A stretch of DNA of 64,000 bases, taken from assembly GCF_963921235.1 (NCBI RefSeq), contig NC_086097.1, positions 92,878,001 to 92,942,000 of the forward strand, in the 5' to 3' direction. The position numbers and the translations under genes are program-made. This document shows, one piece after another, positions 12,245 through 24,690 of this stretch. The notes under the pieces are model-generated. The model was not told where the DNA came from. It searched no databases and saw nothing but the letters and a program-made list of their open reading frames with translations. The stretch's first letter is position 1, and each line of letters begins with the position of its first letter. The DNA comes from Mobula hypostoma (taxonomy: Eukaryota).

Positions 12245-13030
12245 TGGCAAATTATTTTATTATCGTCACATGTAAAACTATGTCATCCATACACATCATT
12301 TCAACACACCAGTACATTGAGGTTGTAAAAGGGTAAAGCAATAACAGAATGCAGAATAAAGTGTTACAGTTACAGAGAAAGTACAGTGTAGTAACAAATT
12401 ATATCGTGAGGCCAATATACCATTTTGTTAGATGTAGAATTCTTGAAATAAATTCATAAGACCATTATTAAATTGTAATTTGCAAGCTCAAAGTTCAAAA
12501 TAAATTTATTATCAAAGTACATATATGTCACCATATACTACCCTGAGATTCATTTTTCTGTAGGCATTCGCAGTAAATACAAAGAAACTCAAAAGAATCA
12601 ATGAAAAGGCGCACACAAGACGGACAAACAACCGGTATGCAAAAGACAGCAAACTGTGCAAATACAAAAAAAAACTACAAACAGAATAATTAATATAAAT
12701 AAATAAACAATAAATATTCGAGAACATTAGATGAAGAATCCTTCAAAGTGAGTCGTAAGGTTGAGGGAGCAGTTCAGTGTTGGGGCGAGTGAAATTATCC
12801 CCTCTGGTTCCAGAGCCTGATGGTGAGGGGTATTATCTGTTCCTGAACCTGGTGATGTGGGTCCTGAGGCTTCTCTACCTCCTTCCTGATGGCAGCAGCG
12901 AGAAGGGAGCATGGCCTGGGTGGTGGTGGGGGGGGGGCGGTCCTCGGTGATAGATGCTGCTTTCCTACCACACCGCTCCTTGTAGATGTGCTCAGTAGTA
13001 GGAAGGACTTCTTGGTGATGGACAGAACTT
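12245..13030 (-). mobile_element. Two Rex1/Babar-type 3' end fragments
   Basis: Tail AAAGTTCAAAATAAATTTATTATCAAAGTAC; CCTTCCTGATGGCAGCAGC (LLPSGR on minus) shared with other Rex copies. Confidence 0.7.
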
Positions 13031-13149
13031 ACTCTCAGGGCATTGTGGTAAATGCATCAATTTGGTAGGTTGGTGCAGGAGAAGATACACTTCATATGTT
13101 TATGTTCTTGGTTAGAGTATTGTTTGCATTACAGATCCAATAAGCTTAG

Positions 13150-13785
13150 ACCACCTCAAATAACTGTCGAGCACCTCAGCTCTATCCACAAAAAGCAGAA
13201 TTTTACAGTGTCCTACCAGTTCAATTCCTATCCCCATTCTCATTCCAACATGTTAGTCCATGGCCTCCTCTTCTGCTATGATAAGGCCACCCTCAGGTTG
13301 GAGGCAACACCTCATATTCCATCTGTGTAGCCTTCAATCTGATGGCAGGAATGACAATTTCTCCAACTTCTGGTGAGATATTTTCCCCTCCCCCCCCTTT
13401 CATCTCCCAACTCTGGCTTCTTACCTTTTCTCCCCCGGAGGCTCTTCTCCTCCCCTTTCTCCCACGGTCTGCTCTCCTCTCCTATCAGATTCCTTCTGCT
13501 CCAGCCCTTTACCTTCTCCACCCATCACCTCTCAGCTTCTTACATCATCCCCCTTTCCCCACCCACCTGGCTTCACCTATCACCTTTTAGCTTTTACTCC
13601 TTCCCCTCCCTCCCCCTTATTCTGGCATCTTCCCCCTTCCTTTCCATTCCTGATGAGGGGTCTCGGCCTGAAATATCGACTGTTTTCATTTCCATAGATG
13701 CTGTGTGACCTGCTGAGTTCCTCCAGCGTTTTTTTTTTGCGTGTTGCTCTGGACTCCCAGCATCTGCAGGATCTCGTGTTTATAA
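13150..13785 (+). mobile_element. Older PLE 3' fragment (GIY-YIG end plus pLTR)
   Basis: EHLSSIH..HSHSNMLVHGLLFC; pyrimidine-rich spacer; pLTR ending CCAGCATCTGCAG. Confidence 0.85.
13646..13682 (+). ncRNA. Hammerhead ribozyme variant (ATAT helix III, AUC triplet)
   Basis: ATTC-CTGATGA-GGGGTCTCGGCCT-GAAA-TATC-GACTG; core intact, one stem I mismatch. Confidence 0.65.
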
Positions 13786-14119
13786 CCTGAATAAACTGGG
13801 GTGTTTTCTTGGTGTTCCATGTCTAAGTGAGTTGCAGTGATGCTGAGCCTGGTATATCATTATACACTGTGGTGCACTGTGAAGATCTCACAAAATCTCA
13901 GGGTGGCGATGAGAGTGGATGCCTGCTGTGAACTGGAGTTGCTCAAAGGGAAACTATTGAGCCTGCAACTTACAAAAGCACAGCAAAGGAAAAGAGTAAA
14001 TCTCTTAACACTAGAGCAAGAAACAGGACACAAAGAGAGCCTGTAGTGGCAGCATCGGTGGCTTCTGCATTAAGACCTGGTAAGTGAGGGACAGGGTTGG
14101 CGAAAATGAGATCTACCTT

Positions 14120-14365
14120 GTTATGATCTTGCACCTAATTGTTTACCTACACTGCACTCACTCTGTAACTGCTACACTTTATTCTGCATCGTTGTGAGTT
14201 GTATTCTGTATACATACTTTGATAATAAAATGTACTTTGAACTTTGTTTTACCTTGTTCTAGCTCAATGCACTGGGTAATGATTTGATCTGTATGAACAG
14301 TAAACAAGACAAGCTTTTCACTCTATCTCGGGACATGTGACAATAATAAACTCATTCCAATTCAA
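14120..14365 (+). mobile_element. Rex-type 3' tail fragments
   Basis: ATACTTTGATAATAAA and CATGTGACAATAATAAAC..CAATTC tails seen repeatedly in the window. Confidence 0.55.
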
Positions 14366-14451
14366 AACCTGATAACTGCAGTAACCCATTAAGCTGGAAA
14401 ACCACATGCCTCCAGATAGCAAGAGGTCCTCCTGTAGACATCAGGGAAGAC

Positions 14452-17400
14452 CATAGGACATAGGAGCAGAATTAGGCCATTCAGTCCATCGAGTCTGCTC
14501 CGCCATTCCATCATGGCTGGTCCCGGATCCCACCCAAACCCCATACACCTTCCTTCTCACCATAACCTTTGATGCCCTGACCAATCAGGAATCTTATCAA
14601 TTTTCACTTTAAATATACCCAAGGACTTGGCCTCCACAGCTGTCTGTAGCAGGGCATTCCAAAGATTCACTATTCTCTGGCTTAAAAAGAACCCTCCTTA
14701 CCTCTATTTTAAAAGGTCACTCCTCAATTTTGAAGTTGTTCCCTCTAGTTCTAGATACCCCCACCATAGGAAATATCCTCTCCACATCCACCCTAGCTAG
14801 TCCTTTCAACATTTGGTGGGCTTCACTGAGATCCCCTTGCATTCTTCTAAATTCCAGTGAGTACTGGCCCAAAGTTGCCAAACGTTCCTCATATGTTAAC
14901 CCCTTAATTCCTGGAATCATCCTCATGAAACTCCTCTGGATTCTCTCCAATAACAACACATCCTTTCTGAGATATGGGGCCCAAAACTGTTGGCAATACT
15001 CCAGGTATGACCTGACTAGTGTCTTATAAAGCCTCAGCATTATCTTCTTGTTCTTATATTCTATTCCCCTTGAAATAAATGTCAACACTGCATTTGCCTT
15101 CTTTACCACAGACTGAACCTGTAAATTAACTTTCTGGGAGTCTTGAACCAGTACTCCTAAATCCCTTTGTACCTCTGATGTTTGAACCTTCTCCCCACTT
15201 AGATAATAGTCTGCACTATTGTTCCTTTTACCAAAATGCATTATCGTATATTTCCCAACACTGTATTCCATCTACCACTTTTTTGCCCATTCTTCCAATT
15301 TGTCTAAGTCCTTCTGCAATCACGTTGCTTCCTCAGCACTACCTACCCCTCCACCTATCTTCAGATCATCTGCCAACTTTGCCACAAAGCCATCAATTCC
15401 ATTATCTAGGTCATTGACAAACAATGTGAAAGGTAGCGGTCCTAATACTGACCCCTGAGAAACACCACTAGACACTGGCAGCTAACCAGAAAAGGCCCCC
15501 TTTATTCCTACTCGCTGCCTCCTGCCTCTCGGCCATTCCTCTATCCATGCCAGTAGCTTTCCTGTAATGCCATGGGATTTTATTTTGTCAAGCAGCCTCA
15601 TGTGTGGCACCTTATCAAGTGCTTTCAGAAAATCCAGCTAAATGATATCCACTGCCTCTCCTTTGCCTTCTTTGTTACTTCCTCTAAGAACCCTAGAAGA
15701 ATTGCCTGGCAAAATTTCCACTTGCAGAAACCATGCTGACTTTGACTTATTTTATCATTAGTCTCCAAACAACCTGAAACCTCATCCTTAATAATGGACT
15801 CCAACACTTTCCCAACCACTGAGGTTAGGCTAACTGGCCTATAATTACCTTTCTTTTGCATTCCTCCCTTCTTAAAGAGTAGAGTGACACTTGCAATTTT
15901 CCAGTCCTCCAGAACTATGCCAGAATCAAGTGATTCTTGAAAGATCACAACTAATGCACCTGCTACCTCTTCAACAACCTCTTTCAAAACTCTGGATGTA
16001 ATCCATCTGGTCCAGATGACTAATCTACTTTAAGAACTTTCAGTTTGCCTTGCACTTATTCCTTTGCAACAGCACTCCTGCTCCCTGACACTCACGGACC
16101 TCTGGCACACTGCTGGTGTCTTCCACAGTGAAGACTGATGCAAAGTACTTAAGTTCATCCACCATTTCTTTGTCCCCCATGACAACCTCACCAGCATCAT
16201 TTTTCTAGTGGTCCAATATCAACTCTCACTTCCCTTTTACTCTTTATATAATGGGAAAAAATTAGTATCCTACTTTATATTATTTACTAGTTTGCCCTCA
16301 TATTTCATCTTTTCCCATCTTGGGGCTTTTTAGTTGCCTTTTGTCGGATTTTAAAAGCTTCCTAATCATCCAACTTTTCATTCACTTCTGTTACATTATA
16401 TGCCTTCTCCTTGGTTTTTATGCTGTCATTAACTTCCCTTCTCAGCCACAGTTGCTACCCTTGCGATTTGAGAACTTCTTCTGTGGGACATGTCTATCCT
16501 GCACCTTGTGAATTATTACCAGAATCTTCAGCCACCTCTGTTATGCTGTCATCCCTGCCAGTATGCCCCCCCAATCGACCTGGGCAGGCTCCTCTCTCAT
16601 GCCTCCCTTTATTCCCTTTATTCCATTGCTATACTGATACATGTGACTTCAACTTCTCCCTCTTAAATTGCAGTATGAATTCAATCATATTATAATCACT
16701 GCCTCCTAAGTGTTCTTTTACCTTAAGCTCCCTAATAAAATCTAGATTATTACACAACATCCAATGTAAGATAGCCTTTCCCTGAGTAGGCTCAAGCACA
16801 AGCTGCTCTAACTAGCCATCTCATAGGCATTCAACAAATTCTCTCTCTTGCGATCCAACACCAACCTGATTTTACCAATCCCCTTGAAATCCCCCAATAC
16901 AATTGTGACATTACCCTTATTACATACCCTTTCCAACTACCTTTACAATCTTAATCCCCACATCTTGGCTACTATTTGGAGGCTTATATATGATTCCCAT
17001 AAAGTTTTTTTTTCTTTGGGGTTTCTTAACTCCATCCACAAAGATTCAATATTCTCTGACCCTATGTCTCCTCTTTCTGAAGGTGTAATTCCATCTCTTA
17101 CCAACAGAGCCACACCACCGCCTATGCCCTCCTGCCTGTCCTTTCAATACAAAGTATATCCTTTGACGTTAAGCTCCCAACTATGGCCTTCTTTCAACCA
17201 TGACTCAGTGATGCCCACAATGTCATGTCCACCAACTTCTAATTGCACCACAAGTTCATCCACCTTATTCTGAGTACAGCACCTTCAGTCCTGCATTCTT
17301 CGCCCTTCTGAATTTTGCCTGTGTGGTACAATTTAACTCTTTGCACTGTCTACATTTGTACTTCCTTACATCCATGCTACACCATCATCTGCCTGTAAAC

Positions 17401-18030
17401 CTGCTGGCTCATCCTCAGCTCTATCAAACTGGTGCCCATCCCCCTGCCATAATAGTTTAAACCACTCCCAACAGTCCTAGCAAACCTGTCCGCTAGAATA
17501 TTGGTCCCCCTCGGATTCAGGTGCAATCCGCCCCTTTTGTACAGGTCACACCTGCCCCAGAAGAGATCTCAATGATCCCAAAATCTGAATCCCTGCCCCC
17601 CGCTCCAATTCTTCAGCCACACATTTATCTGCCACCTCATTCGATTCTTGTGTTGGGCATGTGGCAAAGTGGTTAAGGCATTCGTCCAGTGATCTGAAGG
17701 TCACTAGTTTGAGCCTCAGCTGTGACAGTGTGTTTGTGTCCTTGAGCAAGGCACTTAATTACACATTGCTCCAGTGTGTGCGAGGAGTAGCACCCCACAC
17801 AGACTTCCAATCTGCACCTTGTAAGGCATGAAAATGCCCGACGCAGACCTCTCATGGTCTGAGTCAACGCTCCCTTCCCTCCCCTCCCCATTCTATTCCT
17901 GTCCTCATTGTTGCGTGACAAAGGCAGCAATCCTGAGATTACTACCCTTGAGGTCCTGCTTCTCAACTTCCTTCCAAAGTCTGTGTATTCAGATTTTAGG
18001 ACCTCCTCCCGTTTTCTGTGTCGTTGGTAC
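14452..18030 (-). mobile_element. CR1 LINE, ~3.5 kb, decayed (ORF1 end, endonuclease, RT, 3' UTR)
   Basis: NYRPVSLTSVVGKVLE, SQHGF, RDLGVLV, LYKTLVRSYLEYC, LERIQR; tail CATAGGACATAGGAGCAGAATTAGGCC; SINE inserted at 17651. Confidence 0.92.
17651..17885 (+). mobile_element. tRNA-derived SINE with CORE-like middle
   Basis: Head GTGGCAAAGTGGTTAAGGCA..GATCTGAAGGTC; GTGTCCTTGAGCAAGGCACTTAA resembles the CORE-SINE motif. Confidence 0.75.
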
Positions 18031-18034
18031 TGGA

Positions 18035-18485
18035 TGAACTCCTCCGTTGATAGTTATTGGGCTGAACTGTGTACACAACTCTCTGCAGTTTCTCGTGGTC
18101 ATGGGGAGAACCGTTGCCAGACTAAGCTATGACATATTCGGATAGGACACTTTCTATGGTGTGTTGATAAAAACTGGTGAAGGTCCAGGAGGATATGACA
18201 AATTTATTTAGCCTCCAGAGGAAGGAGAAGCACTGGTGAGCTTTCTTGGCCATGGCATGCATGTGGTCGGACCAGACTCCTGATGCTGTTCACTTCCAGA
18301 AATCTGAAGCTCTCAACCTCAGCAACATCGATGTAAACAGGAGCAGGTGCAACCCCCCCCCCTTCCTGAAGTCAATAACTAGCTCTTCAGTTGTGCTGAC
18401 ATTAGAGGAAAGGATGTTGACTTGACTCCATGTCACTAAGTTCTCTATATCTTTCCTGTACCCTGACACATCATTATTTGAGATA
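18035..18485 (-). mobile_element. Old Rex1/Babar RT fragment
   Basis: CTTCCTGAAGTCAATAACTAGCTC encodes ELVIDFRK on the minus strand. Confidence 0.65.
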
Positions 18486-19418
18486 CGGTATTAGGGTGGG
18501 AGTTCCAGTATCTAAAATGAGCAGTGATGATGGATCAGTGATATATTGCCAAGCTGACAGGCTATTAACTTGCAGGGAAATCTACAGAAGGTGCTCTTGG
18601 TGCTCTTGACTTTGGGGGTAGATATTGCAGGTTTGGGAGGTGTAATTGAGTAGTCTAGGTGAGTACATTTATGGTTTTCTCCACAAATGGTTCACACTGC
18701 AGTCTCTATGCAGCAGCAGTGGGGTGGGATGGGGATGTAACTGCACTCAACTGGACAAGCAGAGAATATTCCAAAAGCCTCCCAAAAGCCTTGTAAATGG
18801 TAGAAAGGCTTTACAGTGTCAGGAGGTGAGTCGCCTCTGACCTGCTCTGAGAGGCACAGTATTTATCTTACTGGTTCATCAAGGGGATCCCAAGGACCTT
18901 GATGTGAGAGACTCAACAATGTCAATGCTATTGAACATCAAGGGTAGACAGTTAGACTCTACTTGTTGAAGGCGGCCTTTAGCTGCTGCATCCATAGCAC
19001 AAAGTTTACTTTTTAGTTTTACAGCCCATCAATTCATAGTCATAACAGCACAGAAGCAGACCCTTCAGCCCAAATGGTCCTGGCAACTAAGATGCCCATC
19101 CAAGCTAGTCACAGTTGCTCGCATTCAGATGATAACCTTCTGAACATTTCCTGTCTGTGTACAATAAAAACAGGAGCCGATGTTGACCAGTTAGACCCCA
19201 AAATCTGGTAAGATGATGACTCATCTAACCGTATTCAACATTACTTACACCCATCCTCCCCATATCCCTCACTCCTTTGTAGCTCAATCATCTGTCAACT
19301 TCTGTTATTAACATGTTCTGTGACTCTGCCTACTTACATCTCTGGCTGGAGCATTCCAGAGATTTGCAACACATTGAAAGAAGAAATTCTCTTTCTCTCC
19401 ATCTTAAGTAGGTACGAA

Positions 19419-20196
19419 CATAGAAAACCTACAGCACAATACAGGCCCTTTGGCCCTCAAAGTTGTGCCAAACATCCCAACCTTAGAAATTACTAGGCTT
19501 ACCCATAGACCTCTATTTTTCCAAGCTTCATGTAACTATCCAAAGGTCTCTTTAAAGACCCTATTGTATCCGCCTCCACCACCGTTGCTGGCAGCCCATT
19601 CCACGCACTCACCACTCTCTGAGTACAAAAACTTACCCCTGACATCTCTGTACCTACTCCCCAGCACCTTAAACCTGTGTCCTCTTGTGCTAGCCATTTC
19701 AGCCCTGGGAAAAAGCCTCTGACTATCCATACGATCAATTGCTCTCATCATCTTATACACCTCTATCAGGTCACCTCTCATCCTATGTCACTCCAGGGAG
19801 AAAAGGCCAAGTTCACTCAACCTGTTCTCACAAGGCATGCTCCCCAATCCAGGCAACATCCTCGTAAATCTCCTGTGCACCCTTTCTATGGCTTCCACAT
19901 CTTTCCTGTAGTGAGGCAACCAGAACTGAGCACAGTACTCCAAGTGGAGTCTGACCAGGGTCCTATATAGCTGCAACATTACCTCTCGGCTCCTAAATTC
20001 AATCCCACGATTGATGAAGGCCAATACACCGTATGCCTCCTTAACCACAGAGTCAACCTACGCAGCTGCTTTGAGCATCCTATGGACTCAGACCCCAAGA
20101 TCCCTCTGATCCTCCACACTGCCAAGAGTCTTACCATTAATACTATATTCTGCCATCATATTTGACCTACCAAAATGAACCACTTCACACTTATCC
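19419..20196 (-). mobile_element. Young 5'-truncated CR1 LINE, within older CR1 remnants (~19170-19410 and ~20460-21020)
   Basis: LQLYRTLVRLHLEYCAQFW, RGDLIEVYKMM, TRGHRFKV; tail CATAGAAAACCTACAGC. Confidence 0.92.
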
Positions 20197-20199
20197 ATT

Positions 20200-20456
20200 T
20201 ACAGGAACCCAACGCCAATCCCAGTTTCATTCTCCACACGTTCCCATCAGCTCCCCCCAGATTCTGCCGCTCTGCTACTCACCTACACACTACAGCAGCC
20301 AATTAACCTCACAACCGGTACTTGCTTGGATGTTGGACAAAACCAGAGCACACAGAGGAAACACGCAGACTGAGAGAAAACGCAGGCTCCAAGAGACGGC
20401 ACCTGGGGTTCAGATACTACAAGGCAACAGCTCTATGAGCTGCACCACTTTGTCCT
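20200..20456 (-). mobile_element. Decayed V-SINE-like element
   Basis: AAACCAGAGCACACAGAGGAAACACGCAG and GCTGCACCAC, reverse complement of a V-domain-like body and tRNA head. Confidence 0.5.
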
Positions 20457-23400
20457 CTAAGTTGCATCAAACGTTAAATGCTTTTTAAATTCCATGCTCG
20501 TTGCGATTAAAAACCAATGTTCCTTTAACATTCTTAATTACTCGTTGTACCTATATTGCTGTCTGCAGTGTTTAGCACACGAGGACCCAGATTCCTCCGT
20601 ACTGCAACATTTATAGTCTAACACCATTCAAGTAATAATTTTCTTTTTTATTCTTCCAAATTTTATACTCCATCTGCCAACTTCCTGCCTACACTAATCC
20701 ATATCACTGTACAGATTCTTTGTTGTCTCTTCCTCTTACTAACCCATTTATCTTTGTATCTTTAGCAAATTTTGCCTACACAAAGCCCGTCCCTTCATCC
20801 AAGTCATTAACTAGAATGCAAATAGTTAAGGCTCCAACGCTGACGTTTGTGGCTGCTCGCTAGTTACTAATTTGCCAACGTAAAAATTAACCATTTATCC
20901 CAAATCAGTTTTGTTACCTGGCTATCCCTTGACTCATGTTGGTAGATTGCCTCAATTCTGTGTAGTAACCTTTCAAGTGGCACCTTTCTAAATACCTTCT
21001 GGAAATCCAAACACACCAGCCTTTAGCTGAATTAGTTTAAGGGGCAGTGACTTTATGTGCTGTATTTAATGCACCATTTAAAGACAGGTCTCCAGGAGGT
21101 GAGAGCTGTAACCACATCCTGCAATACTCCATATCTGAAAAGCAATGGGCTGGCTTCCTCCTGCCTGACAACCCCATCTCACACTCATCTTGGAATACAA
21201 AGGAATACAGAAGTGCGAGGGTTCAGTTCCTGCCCATCCTGCAGCATCACTGTTTATCATTGTTCCGACCATCGACGAAGTTCTGTAATGCCCCTTTTAA
21301 GGGAAGACATGCCCTTCACTAGAGGGCCCATTACTCAGCAATCTTGGGGGCGCATCACTCTGTGATGGGAGATTGTATCTTCACTAGACAACAGGTTATC
21401 CTGTGATGAGGAAACATACCTGGAACTTGGGAGAACGTTACTCTGTAATAGGGGATTGTGCATGAACCTAGTGGGTACATTTCAGAATCAGAATCAGATT
21501 TAATTGCACTGCCACATGTCATGAAATTTGTTATTTTGTGGAGCAGTACATTGCAATACATAATAATAAAAAACCATAAATTACAAGAAATATATAAAAC
21601 AAGCAGTGCAAAAAGAGAGAAAGAAGAAAAAAATAGTGATGTAGGTTACATGGGTTCATTGTCCATTCAGAAATCTGATGGTAGACAGGAAGAAACTCTT
21701 CCTGAAATGTTCAGTGGGTGGCTTCAGGCTCCTTTACCTCCTCATTGATGGTAGCAATGAGGGTGATGGGGGGGGTGGTCTTTAACGATGGATGCTACTC
21801 TCTTGAGGCATTGCTCCTTGAAGATGTCCTGAATGCTAGGGTGGCTAGTGCCCGTGATGGAGCTGACTGAGTTTAAAACTTTCTGCAGTTTTTTTCCCCG
21901 ATCCTGTGCAGTGGCCCCCTCCATACCAGGTGGTGATGCAACCTCTTGGAATAGTCTCCACAGTACATCTGTAGTAATCTGCAAGGGTCTTTGGTGACAT
22001 ATCAAATCTCCTCAAACTCCTAATGAAATACAGCTGCTTCATGCCATCTTTGTAACTGCATCAATGTGTCCGGCCCAGGATAAACCCTCAGAGATGTTGA
22101 CTCCCAGCAACTTGAAACGCTCACCCTTTCCCCACTGCTGACCCTTCAATGAGGACTGCTGTGTGCTTCCTTGACTTCCCCTTCCTGCAGTCCCCTATCA
22201 AGGTCTTGCTGACGTTGAGTGCAAGGTTGTTATACAACACCACTCAACCGGCTGATCTATCTCACTTCTGTACACCACCTCGTCACCTTCTGAAATTCTG
22301 CCAACACTGGCAAACTTATAGATGGCTTTTGAGCTGTGCCTAGCCACGCAGTTGTGGGTGTGGAGAGAGTAGAGCAGTGGGCTAAGCATACATCCTTAAG
22401 GTACAACAATGTTGATTGTCAGCAAGGAGGAGATGTTATTTCTGATCCGCACTGATTGTGGTCTCTGGTGAGGAAGTCAAGAATTCAGCTGGAGGTACCG
22501 AGGCCCAGGTTTTGGAGCTTGTTGATTTGTACTGAGGGGATGATGGTGTTGAATGATGAGGTGTAATTAATAAAGAGCAGCCTGATGTAGGTTTAGCTGT
22601 TGTCCAGGTGATCGAAGGCTGAGAGGAGAGCCAGTGAGATTGCATCTGCTGTCGACCTATTGTACTGATGGGCAAACTGTAGCAGGTCCAGGGCTTTGTT
22701 TAAGCAAGAGTTGATTCTGGACATGACCAACCTCTTAAGGCACTTCATCCAAGTAGATGTGATGGAATTGGGCAATGGTCATTGAGGTAGCTCACCCTGC
22801 TCTGCTTGTGCACTGGCTCTTTTGAAGCAGGTGGGAACCTCCAATTTCAGCAGTGGGAGATTAAAGATGTTCTTGAACGCTCACGCCAGTTGTTGTCACA
22901 GACTTCATTGTTTTTGAAAGTATTGCTTCCTCAGAAATATTTTTTGTTTATGATAGACCGCTTGAAGTTGAACACAAATATGATTTCGACTACTGTACTT
23001 GTATCATGGAGGAATTTGGAGAAACAAGAAATTAACTTTTATTGAATATAATGCATTTAATTGCATAATGGTGCTGATACTTCGCAATTTTTCAACTAAG
23101 CTAAAAATGTTTTGTTGATGACGTTCATTTGTACTCTGTCTCTGAGGCTTCTTGCTTCAGAGTCCAACAATAATCGACGTCCTTGAATGCCTTCCATGCA
23201 ATTTTCTCCGGTCCCACTAGAAGATCTTTGAACTGAACTTGATGATCTGTTTGATTTGTGGACCAACAAGAATGCCTTGCTTAAACTTGGCATCATTTAT
23301 TCTGGGAAACATCTGTCTCAAATATTGAAGTCCTTCACCTTCCTTGTTTATCACATCCACAACATTTTTCACAAGCGCCCGTCCTTTATGAAGAAGAGAC

Positions 23401-23863
23401 AAAAATAACTTTGTTGGATTAACAAGTGGCTTATGTGCCACACTTTTCTGCCCTGGAACCAACTGCTTACAGAGTGGCCAATCCTTTTAATGTGATCCAT
23501 GTAATGGGATTCTTTAGCACAGCTGTTCCATTCACAAATGAAACAACAGTATCTGGTGTATCCGAGCCACGTTCCTAGTACTCTCAGATCACCACAGATG
23601 TTCCAGTTGTAGTTGCTCTTCTGTATGTGTTTCAACAAGACTTTCAAATTTCAGTAGTTTTCTTTCATGTACTGGATAGCAAATTGGTATCGTAGGGTCG
23701 ACATTGTCGTTGTGCAATAGCACAGCTTTCAGACCTAGCACTGAAGAATCAATAAAAAAGACGCCATTATTGGGGGTCATGCAGGCAACCCAAAGCATGC
23801 CCAGGCATTCCTGGACAGGATTGAAAACTTTTCAGTTTATATTGTGGGCAACGTTTTAATTGA

Positions 23864-24032
23864 ATCACAAACTAGAGAAAATCTGCAGATGCTGGAAATC
23901 TGAGCAACACACACAAAATGCTGGAGGAACTCAGCAGGCCAGGCAGCATTCGGCCCAAAACCTCGATTATACTTTTTTCCCATAGATGCTGCCTGGCCTG
24001 CTGAGTTCCTCTAGCATTTTGTGTGTGTTGCT
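23864..24032. mobile_element. Fold-back solo PLE pLTR with 14-bp TSD
   Basis: 47-bp inverted arms 23903-23949 and 23986-24032; TSD AACGTTTTAATTGA (23850-23863) / AACATTTTAATTGA (24033-24046). Confidence 0.85.
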
Positions 24033-24074
24033 AACATTTTAATTGACTTGAATTATGAATTGAAATAACTGTTA

Positions 24075-24690
24075 TCTGTCAAGTAGGGGACCGTGCACAA
24101 TCCTAATTTGATGGAGACAGACGTGAGTGCACGGCAGAACATCTGGAAAAGTTCTGAAATGCTACCACTGCTGTTGTGTGGTAACTGGAATCTCAGGAGC
24201 TGAAGGCCTCGAAATCCTCGGCTTTGCGTGTTTCAGTGGCCAGGAGAGGTCGAAGGCACTCGGCAGAGGATGGAGCTCGGGAGGCTGTATCGGAGAGGCT
24301 GCCCGGAAGCTCGGAGTTTTCGGACGGATGGACTCAGGGTCGGCTGGGGTCGGCTGCTTCCAAGGTATCGGCAAGTTGACGGTGCCTGGAGATTTATGGC
24401 AGAGAGTTTCTCCCTTTTGCCGCCTGCTATCGGGGATTCAGGAGTCGATCGACTCAGGACTTTGAGGCTATTTTTTTTTACCGTGCCTATGGTCTGTTCT
24501 TTATTAAATTATGGTATTGCTTTGCACTGCTGTAACTATATGTTATAATTATGTAGTTCTGTCAGTGTCAGTCTTTGGCTTGTCCTGTTTTCTGTGATAT
24601 CACTCCAGAGAAACATTGTGTTATTTCTTAATGCATGTATGCATTTCCAAATGACAATAAAAGAGGACTGAGTGTTCTCATAATCTAAAT
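24075..24690 (+). mobile_element. Non-coding CpG-rich retroposon with Rex-like tail (family copy 1)
   Basis: Colinear with 45046..45690 (-); ends AATGACAATAAAAGAGGACTG..CTCATAATCTA. Confidence 0.75.
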
